Assembly (NCBI GenBank): GCA_964016885.1
Contig: OZ024745.1
Coordinates: forward strand, 78,554,001 to 78,618,000
Direction of reading: 5' to 3'
DNA length: 64,000 bases
Origin: Eledone cirrhosa
Lineage: Eukaryota
Shown one piece after another: positions 17,070-31,571 of this stretch. The position numbers and the translations under genes are program-made. The notes under the pieces are model-generated. The model had not been told where the DNA came from. It did not search any database and saw only the letters and a program-made list of their open reading frames with translations. Within the stretch, counting starts at the first letter, position 1. Each line of letters starts with the position of its first letter.

Positions 17070-17460
17070 ATTTTGACACAAGGCCAGCAATTTAGAGGAA
17101 GGCAAAGTCGATTATAACGATATCAGTACTTGACTGATATTTTATTTTACCGACTTCAAAGTTGATCTCGGCGGGATTTGAACTCAGTATGTATGTAAGG
17201 CGCCGGAAGAAATGACACAAAGCATTTTGTCCTTCGACTCCATCGCGCTCACACTCATTTCTTCACAATTCTCTCTGGTATTGGCGCAAGACCAGAAATT
17301 TAGAGGAAGAGGAAAATCAACTATATCGACCCCAGTACTTTATTTTATCGACCCTGAAGGATGAAAAACAAAGTTTACCTCGGCTGGACTTGAACTCGGA
17401 ACGTAGGAAATCTTCATTAAATATCGAACGCATTTTGTCCGATGCTCTACCGATACTGCT
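17070..17460 (-). mobile_element. Two adjacent copies of the dominant SINE
   Basis: Two caag(g/a)ccag...ttgaactc blocks at ~17075 and ~17283. Confidence 0.8.
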
Positions 17461-19436
17461 AATAAAATTACTTTATACTATTCTGCCTGGATTTGCGACC
17501 GGTAGATAGTATTAGCAATTGGAAAGACCAGTGGAAAAATTATCTCCTCGGTCCGATTTTACGAGTTCCATCCCACTCGTTAAGCGAATGAGGTTTGGGA
17601 TCTTGTTGATTGACTTATTGTATACTATAGATTTTTTTTTAGCCAGTGCGACCACCCCGGACATATATGTTATAGGTTACTTGTGAAGTAATATTTTTTT
17701 AGTTAATACCTAACCAGTATTATATATCCGTTTGCCTCTATAAATCCCTTTGTGCCTGTTTTAAAAACCGATGCCATGGTTGTTGTTGCTACTGTTGCTG
17801 TCGTTCAGCACCAAATCAACCTTGATTAAATATATCTATGACCAAAAGACATTCAAGACATGGCTATACCGTGTTTTATATAAGGTGCAGTACTATATTA
17901 TATGCAGCAGTACATTATCCAATGTGTCCTTATTTTTCTAGTGTTTCATTTGAGGGAAATTTGGCTGCTATTTGTAGTATGTCAAGCGATCGGACAGAGG
18001 TTCCTTTGTTGGTTCCTCAAATAATTTATGGGGTATAAAACTTACCCAGATACTCAATTATTTACACACAAGATCATATGTGTATGCATGCATCTAAGTA
18101 AATATATACCTTTGCGTTGAAACCCTTTATGTAAACTTAACGAAAGAGTATTGCTCCCTTGATATACATGACCCTGGTGGAATTCCTATAGAACTTATTT
18201 CTGAAATGTGTGTGGGTGCAAAACATGTGGAAATGATTTATCGCAATTTTCGTATCAGTCACTTTCAAGTATAACCACACCCCAAATCGACACCGTTCTC
18301 GTTTCTCTAAAGAATAACAACAGACTGATATGAAAACAAAGATAATCGTGATCATGTTAATCACTTTGTAGATACTTTTCTAACATATATATCTGCCTGA
18401 GTACTCCTTTTGTAATGTGATTTTTCTTTTTTTACAATGTCAATCACTTTTCATATTTCAGCCTAGTGTAAAAATCTAAGCTATCTCTCTACCTGCTAGA
18501 AGTAGCAGCCTAACCAAACACATTAAATAATGTAGTTCTAGATATACTATTCTTGAATAAAATGTTGGGTGTTCTTGATTGAAATGCTTTTTATTTCAAG
18601 TCTACCCGATCAGTGTTGATTTTTAAATGTTTACTCTTTTATATTTTTATTTATTACATTTCCATTATCATGGAGTGTCATCGTGTGTTAGAGCTTGTGT
18701 CAGTTTTCGGGGCGTTTAGTGGTTAAGAGATAGATCTTCCATTGTGTAAGAAGAGCAGTCTATTGTCGGTTTTTCTTGAAATAGGATTTCAGTTTGTTAT
18801 AACAGTGAGCTATATGTTTCTGATGGGCACATTTTACTGTAACATAGTCTGGACTATTGAGAGATAATAGTTTCTTCTTTTTTTTTTCAAATTTGTTTTA
18901 CCAAAAACAAATCTCATCTCTGACAGAATACAAACCGTCTGTTGGTTCTTTATGCCAGTATTTTAACAAAACATTTCTGCTGGCATTTAATAAATTCAAA
19001 TTAGGTAATTAAATGGCTAATATATATTTCTAAAAATGTTAAATGGGTAACAGTACAATATTTAATAACAGTATTATCAACTCAATTTATCAAAAGATAA
19101 TAATAAAATAAATATACTAATGTATTTTAAAATTTCGGTTTGACTTTCTTTATATTTTGTATTTTACTTTGTAGATTTTTCAAGTAATGAAAATGTTACC
19201 GACCAAAGTATTCTCAAAAGCAAGAGTAGTAGTTGTTTAAGATGTATTCTTATCGTTGCCTCGTGTTTCTCGTGACCTCATGTTTCATAAAATAAATGTT
19301 GTCACTTTAAATGAGGCGCGTCTTAAATCATGCATAAAATGTAAAAGATAGAACTATTTGGTAAAGTTTAGACATAGTATTTTTAGAGCCATATTGCTCA
19401 ATATATTATCTTTTTTTTATTTTTAAGACGTTAAAG

Positions 19437-19562
19437 CGTGGGATAGTATGCCTTGTGGTATTCTTTTCGATTCTCTACTTCCTGAGTTCAAATTTCAGGG
19501 AGGTCAACTATGCCTTTCTTCCATTCAAGGTCGATAAAAGATTACCTGTCTAGTACTGGGGG
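19437..19562 (+). mobile_element. Dominant SINE, partial
   Basis: gagttcaaat...gaggtcaactatgcctttc...gtcgataaaa. Confidence 0.7.
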
Positions 19563-20045
19563 TCTCTCTTTCATTCTTTCACTCTCTCTTTCCATCTCTG
19601 GGAGAAATCTGCTATGTTCAGACTTGGAGAGGATTGGGCTCCACCAGGTTTTAAAATTCTCTAAAAAGGCCGTATATCAAATACAGCGTCCCTACGGCTC
19701 CCTCAGAATTATAATATTCATTTATAAACTGATCTGATTTGAATACTATTACTTTTTCAAGACGTACATATTATTGTTATGTTATGACATAATTCTTTGT
19801 AAGTTCAAAAAGAAATATCAGCGTTGAAATCCTTTAAAGGTTGAAAAAAATTTCAGTCTATAAATTATTGCTGGTCTCTTTACTACAACGAAACCGAATT
19901 ATAAAATGTAGCGCGGAAGTATTTTTGTGGTAGGGGGGGGGGGGTGATATACAAGTGAAGTATTTAAAAGTTTTGTATTTATTCATTTCTTTCTTATGTA
20001 AAAGAAACTTATTATTAAATTTTTTCATTTTGTTTCATCTTTCAG

Positions 20046-20171
20046 TCGCCATGTTTGTATAGAAGAGCGACGAGTATCCGTTCCTCGAGAACATACTGAA
20101 ACCTATTACCGACCTGTTTACAAACGGCAAGTAGAAGTCTGCGAAGGATTTAAACTCTGTTCAACACTGAG
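20046..20171 (+). CDS. EGFL7: EGFL7/8-like exon: EMI domain N-half (RHVCIEERRVSVPREHTETYYRPVYKRQVEVCEGFKLCSTL)
   Basis: Polypyrimidine ttcatctttcag acceptor and ag|gtaaca donor; 126 nt, phase 2->2. Resembles EGFL7 RRVC...ESFVQRVY...CDGHRACSTYR. Confidence 0.88.
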
Positions 20172-20551
20172 GTAACAAGATGATTGTCCTTTTATTCACG
20201 ATGCTTTGATTTCAGTTCGCTCCAGACTGTAAAACATAAACTTCAAATTTTATAACTTCTGCTTATGTTATTTCAGCAGTATCCATCAAGGCGGGGTGTA
20301 AACCAGCGGCCTAACCTTATTCTACCACGCTATTTACAATAAATCGAATAAAACATCAAACGTTCAATTTTTAGATGTCTATTTGAAATAAGTGTATTGC
20401 ACATCACATACACTAAAATGCCACGATATTTAGACTCTTGTTAGATAACTTAGACAATCTAAACTATAATAAAGGAAGGTCTGCGGGACTGCGTACGGTT
20501 TTTTTTTTTATCCCGTTAGTAAAATAAGTTGGATTACTTTGAATAAATAAT

Positions 20552-20670
20552 TGTTTCTACTTTAGGCACAAGGCCAGCAATTACCCAGTGCATTACTGGT
20601 ACTTTATTTTATCGACCCCGTAAGGATGAAAGGCAAAGTGAACCTCGGCGGGTTGACTTTGCCTTTCATC
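20552..20670 (-). mobile_element. Truncated dominant SINE with a snap-back end, flanked by a 37-bp direct repeat
   Basis: gatgaaaggcaaagtgaacc...ggttgactttgcctttcatc hairpin; gttagtaaaataagttggattactttgaataaataat at 20515 and 20671. Confidence 0.8.
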
Positions 20671-22074
20671 GTTAGTAAAATAAGTTGGATTACTTTGAAT
20701 AAATAATGAATGAATATTACATAATTTATCTACTAAATTTCGTAAACAAAAAAATTTCGTAAAAATAAATAATTTAAAATTGACTTCTTTTCAAAGTTGC
20801 ACTTCCGGTTTATCGTTACCACCACCACCACCACTTCAACTACCATATATATATAGAAAGAGAGAGTGTGTGATGTCAACACTTCCGGTGGCGATCACTT
20901 AAATAAACATACTCATTTTCTGTCCCTAATTTTCTCCTAATGCAGTTTATATATAATATCGTCCTTTTTTAATGTATCAAGGATTACGTTACTGATTACA
21001 TAAGACAGTGTAACAACGTCTTCGTTCAATTTCTGTGTATATTGTCAATTACGATTTTATTTGATGTATCATATCTACATGTGTATATACTTGCGTATAA
21101 TATCAACCCGAAAAGTGGTTTTGCTGCTAGTTAGAAGTAAATGTCCTGTTCTTAGATACAATGTATCCTCTGCAAAGGGATATGAACTCCTGAAACAGAC
21201 AATCCACTCACTCCACTCCCCATACACATACCAGCACTCAATCATCGGTTTGGTGTCCTGCTTATTGTATATTAACGAGATAAATATTGATAAATAAAAG
21301 CTATAAAATTACTTCTATTGATTTCCAAGGAAGACTTGCTAATTGTTTATGATGCTACGACTGTTTACACAAGTACAAGCAACAATATAAAGACATCAAG
21401 TCTTCACCTAATGTTCACTGTTTAACACGTTTATTTGGAAACAAAATATTTTTGCAACGAAAGAATCCAGTCACATCTACTTAATCTATTTTCTCATTAC
21501 AGAAAAGTTACTATATATCTCCAGAGGGACATGTTGGAGTTAAGGCAATTTTCGATGAGTCACACAAGCTGTTAGAAATGAAACAACTAGAGCAGCTGTA
21601 CAAAATTAGACTAAAACGAATATAACGTTCAACATTATAAAACAAAATAGTTTTTAAACGTTTAACATTTGTTTATATCATAGTTAGGAAAGTAATATAA
21701 AACGAACGTAAAATATAATACGATCCTATAACAAGGTTAAAATATCATGAAGATGATCATCTTTAAGGTTGTACTGTCTAAGTCTGGCACTCGCATTAAG
21801 ATGACTGTTAAACAGAAACAGGTGGCAATATAGGCGAGGGAGGAGGATACGACAATCATACGTAAGGTATTAAAAAATTTAAGTAACTCTTATAAATACA
21901 TCATTATTTGGACGGGCATTCCTATACCACGTATACCACGTTCTATCATCATAATGAAATCAACTCCCTTTTTAGACATTATATTGCCTCCATGTTAATA
22001 GATTTATCTTTTGCAATAGAAGGAATGCATCGTCACCCAGTGTCGATTTATATAAGAAAATATACAAACGAAAT

Positions 22075-22310
22075 GTTATATTTGGGGTGGGTCATGTTGT
22101 TCTAATGTTGCCAGAAAAATATAGTAAAACACCCTCACTGTTTGGTTTGGTTTTCGCTTCAGTACATTTTTATATTTCTATAAATAATTTAGCTGGCAAT
22201 CAATGTTTATCATTGATTGACCAACAATTAAAAAATATGAATATAAATATAGTTTCTCAAAGTTCTTTCGTCACACATATCTGTGACATCACCAGTGATG
22301 TTTCTATGCT
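22075..22310 (-). mobile_element. Degenerate copy of the hammerhead-bearing family (head module plus mutated core)
   Basis: tgttatatttggggtgggtcat head; minus strand CTGGTGA-tGTCACA...TGTGAC-GAAAGAACTTTGA. Confidence 0.65.
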
Positions 22311-22730
22311 TCCTCCCGTGGTGTTCCTGTAATATTTTCTTCTACATCGCCAAAGCAAATCTATTTGCGATTTATTTCTTGTTAAGGATTTGTCCAATTG
22401 AGACATGTAGATGGTACTAAAAGCATGTTCGCAGATATATTTTTACATATATTCACTGATGTTATTAACAATGATTAGAGAAAAATTATAACATCAGGTT
22501 ATCAGAACGCTGAGAAGAGACTCTTAAGACCAGCTTTATCTTTTCTCGTCGTTCAGACTTAAATTCGGTAGAATGTAACAAATAGACACGTCGTAAAACC
22601 TCCAAAACATCGGCTGTATCCATGACTATCGACAATCGATCGACTTTCGTCAAATCGGACCGAGGAAACAATGTTTCCATTGGTCTTTCCAATTGCTAAT
22701 ACTATCTATCGGTCGCAACTCCAGGTAGAA

Positions 22731-22850
22731 GGAGCAACGTGAAATAAAGTGTCTTGCTCAAGGACATAACGCATCGCCCGGTTCGGGAATCGAACTCACA
22801 ACCTCACGATTGTCAATCCAGTTCTCTAACCACTCAGCCACGCGCCTCCA
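22731..22850 (-). mobile_element. tRNA-derived SINE head (second family)
   Basis: Minus strand A box TGGCTGAGTGG, B box GTTCGATTC, then tgtccttgagcaagacactt. Confidence 0.8.
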
Positions 22851-22959
22851 CATCCATGACTATATATTCGTGAAATAGAAGTCCTGAAGCAGACAAATCC
22901 CTGTATGAAGAAATTGTATGTAGTTCTATCTTTTCGGTACCTCTTTAGATATATAATAA

Positions 22960-23146
22960 TTGTTTCTACTTTAGGCACAAGGCCAGCAATTATCCAGTGC
23001 ATTACTGGTACTTTATTTTATCGACCCCGTAAGGATGAAAGGCAAAGTCAACCTCGGCGGGATTTGAATTCAGATCGTAAAGGCACGTAACTATGCTGGA
23101 AAGCATGGCGTCCGACCCTCTACCGATACTGCCAATCCACCGCCTT
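22960..23146 (-). mobile_element. Dominant SINE, near full length
   Basis: Reverse complement of the 49351-49565 type. Confidence 0.85.
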
Positions 23147-23447
23147 TAGATATATAATAATATAACGCATATTTGTATATATTTCCACATTTGATCTGGA
23201 ACTTTGTGGCGACACTGCATCTTAGGGGTAGAGGTTGAGAACCCTTTCGGTCATGAATGACCACGTGCTTTGCACCTAGAATGTTACCATTCGAGACATA
23301 AAGTCTGTGGAAGATTGTTTGTGGAAGACCAACAGTCGTCCATGCCAACCAGCCTCCCCTCTTTTTATACAATTGTAATATGCAAATAAAGTTTGTACAT
23401 ATACTGCAACACAATTACTTCAGCTCTTTTAATCTCTCTCTCTCTCT

Positions 23448-23562
<115 letters not shown>

Positions 23563-23974
23563 AAATTTGTAGTTTACTTGAAGCATTGTATATGGTGTAA
23601 AGAATTTGAAGTTTGATTATTTTATTCATGCTTTCTATTTAATGTTGGTCCATATCATACGAATGTAATTGTCAACACAATATACTGATTGATTACGAAC
23701 TTAGTAAAAATGATGATGAATGTGTCCCACATGTGTGATCCTAAACTATTAGAGAGACATATACAATATTTCATCTACCGCATGTGTGGTATATATCTAA
23801 AGAGGTGCCGGAAAGATAGAACTACATACAATTTCTTCTTACCTGGATTTGTCTGCTTCAGGACTTATATTTCACATATATATACTGTGTACTCTGCGTC
23901 TTGTTTCTTTGATTGTAATCTGAGACAAGACCCAGGGTACACAAAGAAGCCAGAGCTAAATGGATGAACATCTT

Positions 23975-24350
23975 AGAAAATAACAGTTTCTACGTTTGGC
24001 ACAAGGCCAGCAATTACCCCAGTGCATTACTGGTACTTTATTTTATCGACCCCACAAGGATGAAAAGTAAAGTAAACCTCGGCGGGATTTTAACTCAGAT
24101 CATAAAGGACCGTAACTCTTTGCTACAAAGCTTGGCGTCCGAACCTCTACCGATACTGCCAATCCACCGACCCTTAGAAAATAATTGTTTCTACTTAAAA
24201 TACAAGGCCAGCAATTATCCCAGTGTATTACTGGTACTTTATTTTATCGACCCCGTAAGGATGAAAGGCAAAGTTAACCTAGGCAGGATTTGAACTCAGA
24301 ATGGCAAGGGCCGTAACTCTATGCGTCAAAGAATGGCGTCCGACCCTATA
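23975..24350 (-). mobile_element. Head-to-tail pair of the dominant SINE
   Basis: Two ~200-bp units, each starting cttagaaaataa. Confidence 0.85.
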
Positions 24351-24446
24351 ATGCGGGGAACTGCTCCATTTTGGAATCGGATAGAGAGAGTCATCATTAC
24401 GTAATAAATAGAACGTGTTAAATTTAAAACATACTGCCTTCTAATT

Positions 24447-24499
<53 letters not shown>

Positions 24500-24574
24500 C
24501 GCGTATTATTCTATTGACGGCATTTTACTGTTTTGAGTTTTTTGTGTTGTATCAGATGAAAGACTGGTATTTAA

Positions 24575-25900
24575 CTAATGTATTGGTACGCGATCGGGCC
24601 CACCCACAGCCCCGGCGGACAGAATGGAGAAGGCGTTTCCCCCGAGGGCGGCAACGGAGACGCGCTGGAAAAGCCACTCCAACTCGCGGGGCTCACACCT
24701 GCGGCTGGCCAGCTCAGCGCCTATGGTGGTGAGTAAGGAGGTAGCCTTGGGGCCGAGGACACCAGAAGTCTCCAGTGCTTGGTGGAACAACCGCAAACCT
24801 GTCGGAGAGCGACCGGTATTTGAGGAGTTTGGTCCCCTCAGCCCGACGTGCAGCAGAACCTGGGTCAGTCGCAGACTGCACCAGGTTGCGGCTGCAGAAA
24901 GTGTCGGTGCAAGTGGCATCCCAGACGAGGGGTTTGCCACCGCGGAACGGGAAGATGGTCATACCATCTAGCCTTTTGCCGTCCCCTCGGTCCAGCCCCA
25001 CCGGCTCGAGCTGGGAAGGGAAGCCTGCAGCGTCCAAGCCATGCTTAATGACCTCGTTGAGGGCAACATGGCGTGGAATGCGGCCGGCACTGTGGCGACA
25101 GGAAAGCGGGTGGAGGCCGAAAGAGTCCACGGTGGAACCGCAGCGACATTGGTGTGGCTGGCAGATCTGGAGGCCGAGCCTCAGGGAAACGCCGATGCGC
25201 AGGCTATGGTTGTCTAGCTGCGTGCCAGTTGAGAAGGAGGGATAGGCATGGAGCCAGGCACCACTGTGGGGTTTGGAGGCCGCACGAAAACAAGCAAGGC
25301 GGTGCTGGTCGAGCTGGCGCGTGAGCCTGTCTGAGGCCAGGCTGCACTGGATGGCATTCCAAGTGCGTTGGGGTGACTTGACGTCAACAGGGGGAGAAGG
25401 AGGAGGGACGTCTACTGGGCTAAGTCCTAGCCGGTCCCACGTCTCACAGGCGGTCTGGGTTCTGTTGTGTTTTGAAGAACCTTGCTGACGAGAACGCGGC
25501 ACGCGGTTACCGACGAAAGAAACGCCGGCAAAGCTAGTGAGATCGGGGACCGGAGGCCAAGGCCGCCATACCTGATCGCTAAAGTGGCCTGTTGCCACCC
25601 TATGTCGTCAAACTTGACGTTGCATATCCCCTCGGTTACTGCTCGGATACAAGTATCGAGGTCAGCGAGGAGAGATGTCTGGGTGTAGCATGGGGCGCTG
25701 CGGAGTGTATAGAGGAGCTTCGGCATGGCGAAGCAGTTCCTCAGCAGAGAGCTGGGTGGCCGTCAATCAAGCCCAGTCGGCTCGTGAGAGTGTGGAGCTG
25801 TTGAAGCCTGGACCTGATCGTGTAGCGGATGGCCGGCGGGTGGATCGGTGACCCGAGGATGAGGACATCCTCTTTGGGGGTCACCTGAACCTGGCGGAGA
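24575..25900 (-). mobile_element. 5'-truncated non-LTR retrotransposon with restriction-like endonuclease (CRE/NeSL-like)
   Basis: GC-rich island. QATLAIRYGGLG, SGAWL, CxCG...HPLSC, RHVALN, KRLDG...LVWDATC and WLFQRVSVA..GNA motifs across frameshifts. Confidence 0.85.
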
Positions 25901-25924
25901 TTGAGTTATCTCATTATTCTATAA

Positions 25925-25983
<59 letters not shown>

Positions 25984-26110
25984 TATAAGTATTAATAAAA
26001 TAGATGTTCTTTTGATCAATTACATTTTATTATACATATTTCGGATGTACAACAGTACGTCCTGCTGTAAAACTCATTCTTTGACATAATCATTGAATAT
26101 TGTTTAACCA

Positions 26111-26153
<43 letters not shown>

Positions 26154-26157
<4 letters not shown>

Positions 26158-26836
26158 TAAAGTTAGTCCTTCATCAGTTATCTTCCAACCTTCATTGGTA
26201 TTTCTTCGCTTTAAAGCCCATATACCTCCGGTTAGTGCGAGCAACGGCTAAAGAAAGTCGTTGGGACACGTAAATAAAGCGAGACTGTAGAAATCAAAGA
26301 TGGTAATGCAACGAAAAGTGAGGAAGAAAGAGTCAAGTCCCAGATTTCTATGAATATAAGTTCGGTGAAATCGTGAACGAGAGAGAATAAAGACCATCAA
26401 ACCTAGTCGAAATGTGAGCAAGGGAGGAATTCCGTACAGGTCAAATGGGAGGAAGAAGGAGTCTAGTCACTGAATTCGGTGAACATAAGTTCTGTGAAAT
26501 CGTAGATAAGAGAGAAAAAAGGAAAAACCAGCCTGGTCAAGCGTGCGCGAGAAAAGAATTACGCAAAGGTCAAACGGGAGAAAGTAGGAGAGGTAGTAGC
26601 AGAGAGTGAGTGAGGAAGAGGCTAACAGAGAGAGTGACTGTTAGAGAGGGTAAAGGGAGGTGAAAGATACAGAGAAAGAGGAAGCAGTAATAACGAAATA
26701 GACGGGTCACAGCGGAGGAAAATATGTGTGAATATGAAAACAACCGTGCTGCGTTGTTGCAAATGGGTTACATATGAATAAAGTTAGTCCTTCATCAGTG
26801 ATCGTCCAACCTTCTTGGTATTTCCTCGCTTTAAAG
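26154..26836. mobile_element. Non-coding element with ~60-bp direct terminal repeats, between (TA)n tracts
   Basis: atgaataaagttagtccttcatcagt...cgctttaaag at 26152 and 26774; related to 30615-31105 and 55438-56200. Confidence 0.7.
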
Positions 26837-26840
26837 TATA

Positions 26841-26904
<64 letters not shown>

Positions 26905-26910
<6 letters not shown>

Positions 26911-27400
26911 AGTATGTATACATACATATATGTATACAGACGTACAGTAGTATGTATATATATATACATACATGCACACATATATACATGTACGTATGGA
27001 TTCATCGAACATTTACTATAATGCTCGGTGTGTTTGTAAACAAACATCCCGAATTAAGCCGTACAGTGTCTAGCAACCATTGTTGCTCATTTGTTCAACA
27101 CTGACAAAGGAACGCTGTACTAGTTTCAAGCTAGCAATGAGCAAATGAGCAAATGAGCAACGATGGTTGCTAGACACTGTACGGCTTAATTCGGGATGTT
27201 TGTTTACAAACACACCGAGCATTATAATAAATGTTCGGTGAATCCATACGTACATGTATATATGTGTGCATGTATGTATATATATATACATACTACTGTG
27301 TGTCTGTATACATATATGTATGTACGTATACATACTTACATTTAAGTAACAGCCGTACTAAGAATGAGAAATGAAATTTCGTTTCATTTTTTCCGTTTAT
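26905..27400. repeat. Large fold-back element (~190-bp arms) ending in the shared tail module
   Basis: 26905-27096 is the reverse complement of ~27146-27340; tail cagccgtactaagaatgagaaatgaaatttcgtttcattttttccgttta. Confidence 0.85.
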
Positions 27401-27663
27401 ATATATATATATATATATATATTACATAAATATATATATATATATATATTACATAAATATATATATATATATATATATATTACATATATATATATATATA
27501 TATTACACATATATATATATATATATATGTATATGTATATATATATATGTATATATATATATGTATATATATATATGTATATATATATATATGTATATAT
27601 ATATATGTATATATATATATATGTATATATATGTATATATATATATATGTATATATATATATG

Positions 27664-27756
<93 letters not shown>

Positions 27757-27823
27757 ATATATATATAGCGGCAATGAATTAGTTTTGCGAGGTTTTTTAT
27801 ATGAAATCGTGTGTCGAAACAGA

Positions 27824-28320
<497 letters not shown>

Positions 28321-28482
28321 CATATATATATGTATATATATATGTATATGTATATACATATATATATATATGTATATGTATATACATATATATATATATG
28401 TATATATATATGTATATATACATATATATATATGTATATATACATATATATATATATGTATATATATATGTATATATATATG

Positions 28483-28550
<68 letters not shown>

Positions 28551-28567
28551 TATATATATATATATAT

Positions 28568-29718
28568 CCTGATGCTGAGGAGGATATTAGAGGGAGCTAG
28601 AGCAAAGTGCCTTCCTGCGGTCATGGTTTTCATTGACTTTAGGAAGGCCTTTGATTCTGTGAACCGTTACTGCCTGATGAAGATCTTACAGGCTTATGGA
28701 ATCCCCAAGAGGATAGTGGACCTGATATCACTGCTCTACACCAACACCAAGGCCCAAGTCATTACACCTGATGGGATGACAGAGTTCTTTGAGATACTGG
28801 CTGGAGTGCTCCAGGGAGATACATTGGCTCCCTACCTTTTTGTCATCGTAGTGGACTATTGTATGCGCCTTGCACTGGAGAAACACCAGGACTCTGGCTT
28901 TACTGTAGCACCGGCTCAGAGCAGGAGAGTTGGGGCGAAAAAGGTATTGGATGCTGAATTTGCCGACGACATAGTTTTGGTGACAAATAGAGTGAAGGAG
29001 ACATAGGATTTGATGCGGGAGGTTGAGACTGTGTCGATGAGTGTGGGGATGAGAATGAATGAGACTAAAACAAAATATCTGGTAGAGAATGTTGAGAAGC
29101 CAGAGGGGATCACTAATGTAGGCGGGAAGCCGCTGGAATTGGTTGAGGACTTCCTGTATTTGGGAGCAAAGATTGGGAATACGGAAGATGATGTGGTTGA
29201 GAGGAAGAGCAAGGCCTTGGCGGCGTGCCACAGCTTGAGATCGGTGTGGAAGTCGGACCTTCGTAGAGACCTGAAAATCCGCCTCTTCATTGCTGTAGTG
29301 GAGTCTGTGCTACTGTATGGGTCTGAGACTTGGACACTGACCAAGAAACTCACTCAGATGGTGGATGGGTGCTACACGAGAATGCTGAGGATGGCTCTGA
29401 ACATTAATCAGTATACACTGAGGATGAAAAACTCAGAGCTGTATGGGAGCATCCCAAAAGTCAGCTCAAAGGTGACACAGAGGAGACTGAGGTTAGCTGG
29501 ACATGCTCACCGACATCCAGAGTTGACATTGCACTCAGTACTCCTTTGGGAGCCCCTACATGGACACACTAGAAGAGGAAGACCAAGGTTAACGTATGGT
29601 GATGCCCTAAGGACAGACACTGGTCTGTTGGAGATGCAGGACATGGCAGCGATAATAAAGGGACAGAGACAGCTGGAGAGAACTCGTCCATGGATCTCGG
29701 GAATTTTACCCGCCTTAG
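28568..29718 (+). mobile_element. 5'-truncated RTE-clade LINE inserted in (TA)n
   Basis: [41 protein letters not shown] and RRLRLAGH motifs. One in-frame stop at 29004-29006 and a frameshift near the end. Confidence 0.93.
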
Positions 29719-29739
29719 ATATATATATATATATATATA

Positions 29740-29990
29740 GTTATACTTGAGGAGGGTCATATTTGTGTAATATTGCCAGAATTAATAACAGAACACACTC
29801 ACTGTTTGGTTGGTTTTCGCTTTTCGCTTCAGTGTCTTTTATATCGGTTAATTTAATTTATTCGGTCCTCAATGTTTCCATTGACTGACCAACGGTCAAA
29901 AATACAGATACAATATAGACACAAATACATATATATAGTCTATCAAAGTTCTTTCGTTGCACATCTGCAACATGGTCAGTGGTGCTATTG
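29740..29990 (-). mobile_element. Degenerate copy of the hammerhead-bearing family
   Basis: Head module gttatacttgaggagggtcat; minus strand CTGACCA-tGTTGCA-gatg-TGCAAC-GAAAGAACTTTGA. Confidence 0.65.
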
Positions 29991-30114
<124 letters not shown>

Positions 30115-30357
30115 TATACATATATATATATACATATATATATATGCATATATATATATACATATATATACAAATATATATATATACATATATATATATA
30201 CATATATATATATTTGTATATATATATACAAATATATATATACATATATATATACATATATATATACATATATATACATATATATATATATTTACATATA
30301 TATATTTATGTACATATATATATACATACATATATATACATATATATATATATATAC

Positions 30358-30402
<45 letters not shown>

Positions 30403-30449
30403 CATATATATATAGATATATACATATATATATATATACATATATATAC

Positions 30450-30480
<31 letters not shown>

Positions 30481-30513
30481 CATATACATACATATATATA
30501 CATATATATATAC

Positions 30514-30546
<33 letters not shown>

Positions 30547-30567
30547 CATATACATACATATATATAC

Positions 30568-30614
<47 letters not shown>

Positions 30615-30617
<3 letters not shown>

Positions 30618-31097
30618 TACTGCTTCCCCGTTCTCTCTGTTTCTCTCACCTTCTTTCGCCCCTCTGTCAGTTACACTCTCTCTCGACTGACCTCTTCCTC
30701 GCACTTCCACTCACTCACTCTCTGTTTCTCCCCTTCTCACTTCCTCCCGTTTGGCTAGTAGTGGGGGTCTTTTCTTGCTCACGTCTCACTCACGTCAGAC
30801 GGTCTGTACCCCGATCGCTCATGAAATCCACCCAGCTTATGCTGACCGGATAACCATGTTGCTTGTTTATTTTCCTATCTTCGGTTTGCTTTTATCCTTC
30901 TATGTTGTTTACTTGTCTCACTCGCTTTACGCGATTTACTTGTTCCAATAGCTTTTTTTAGTTATTGCTCGCACCAACCTGAGGTATATGATTTTTAATG
31001 CGATGAAATATCAATGATGGTTGGCAAATCACTGACGAGGGACTAATTTTATCATATGTAACCCATGTGCAACCACGCAGTATTCCTCTTTCTTCTC

Positions 31098-31105
<8 letters not shown>
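30615..31105. mobile_element. Copy of the 55438-56200 family in opposite orientation
   Basis: Reverse complement of ~55438-55922. Confidence 0.85.
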
Positions 31106-31145
<40 letters not shown>

Positions 31146-31234
31146 AATAAAATACAGAGTTACTAACTCATATTGATACCCTGTAATTAACAAGCTCAAA
31201 GTATAAATACTGAGCATTATATAATAATATATAA

Positions 31235-31421
31235 GGGTGGTGGATTGCCAGTATCGGTAGAGGGTTGGACGCCATGCTTTGCAGCATAGAGTTACTCCCC
31301 TTTATGATCTGAGTTCAAATCCCTCCGAGGTTAACTTTGCCTTTCATCCCTTACGTGGTCGATAAAATAAAGTACCAGTAATGCACTGGGTATTTGCTGG
31401 CCTTGTGCCAAAAGTAGAAAT
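31235..31421 (+). mobile_element. Dominant SINE
   Basis: ggtggattgccagtatcggtagaggg...gagttcaaatc...gctggccttgtgcc. Confidence 0.85.
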
Positions 31422-31571
31422 AATTATATAATAATATATGTAGAAATAAACACAGTAAATTGTGTGTTTAAAATTACGAGGGTAGAAATACCACATTGGT
31501 TTGATATATTTAACCTGAAGCATATGTAAGATATATAATAAATATATACAGACCGTATCAATAACTATTTC

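Noticed and set aside
19175-19360. Strong acceptor plus MYSYRCLVFLVTSCFIK as an alternative signal exon
   Set aside because: In-frame stop, and no phase-2 GT donor in an open frame.
22731-22850. tRNA-like A/B boxes here and in other SINE heads
   Set aside because: They continue into SINE bodies and do not form a complete cloverleaf, so they are not tRNA genes.
26030-26075. Minus-strand GGACGTAC...GTACATCC-GAAATATGTA hammerhead remnant
   Set aside because: The CUGANGA box is absent.
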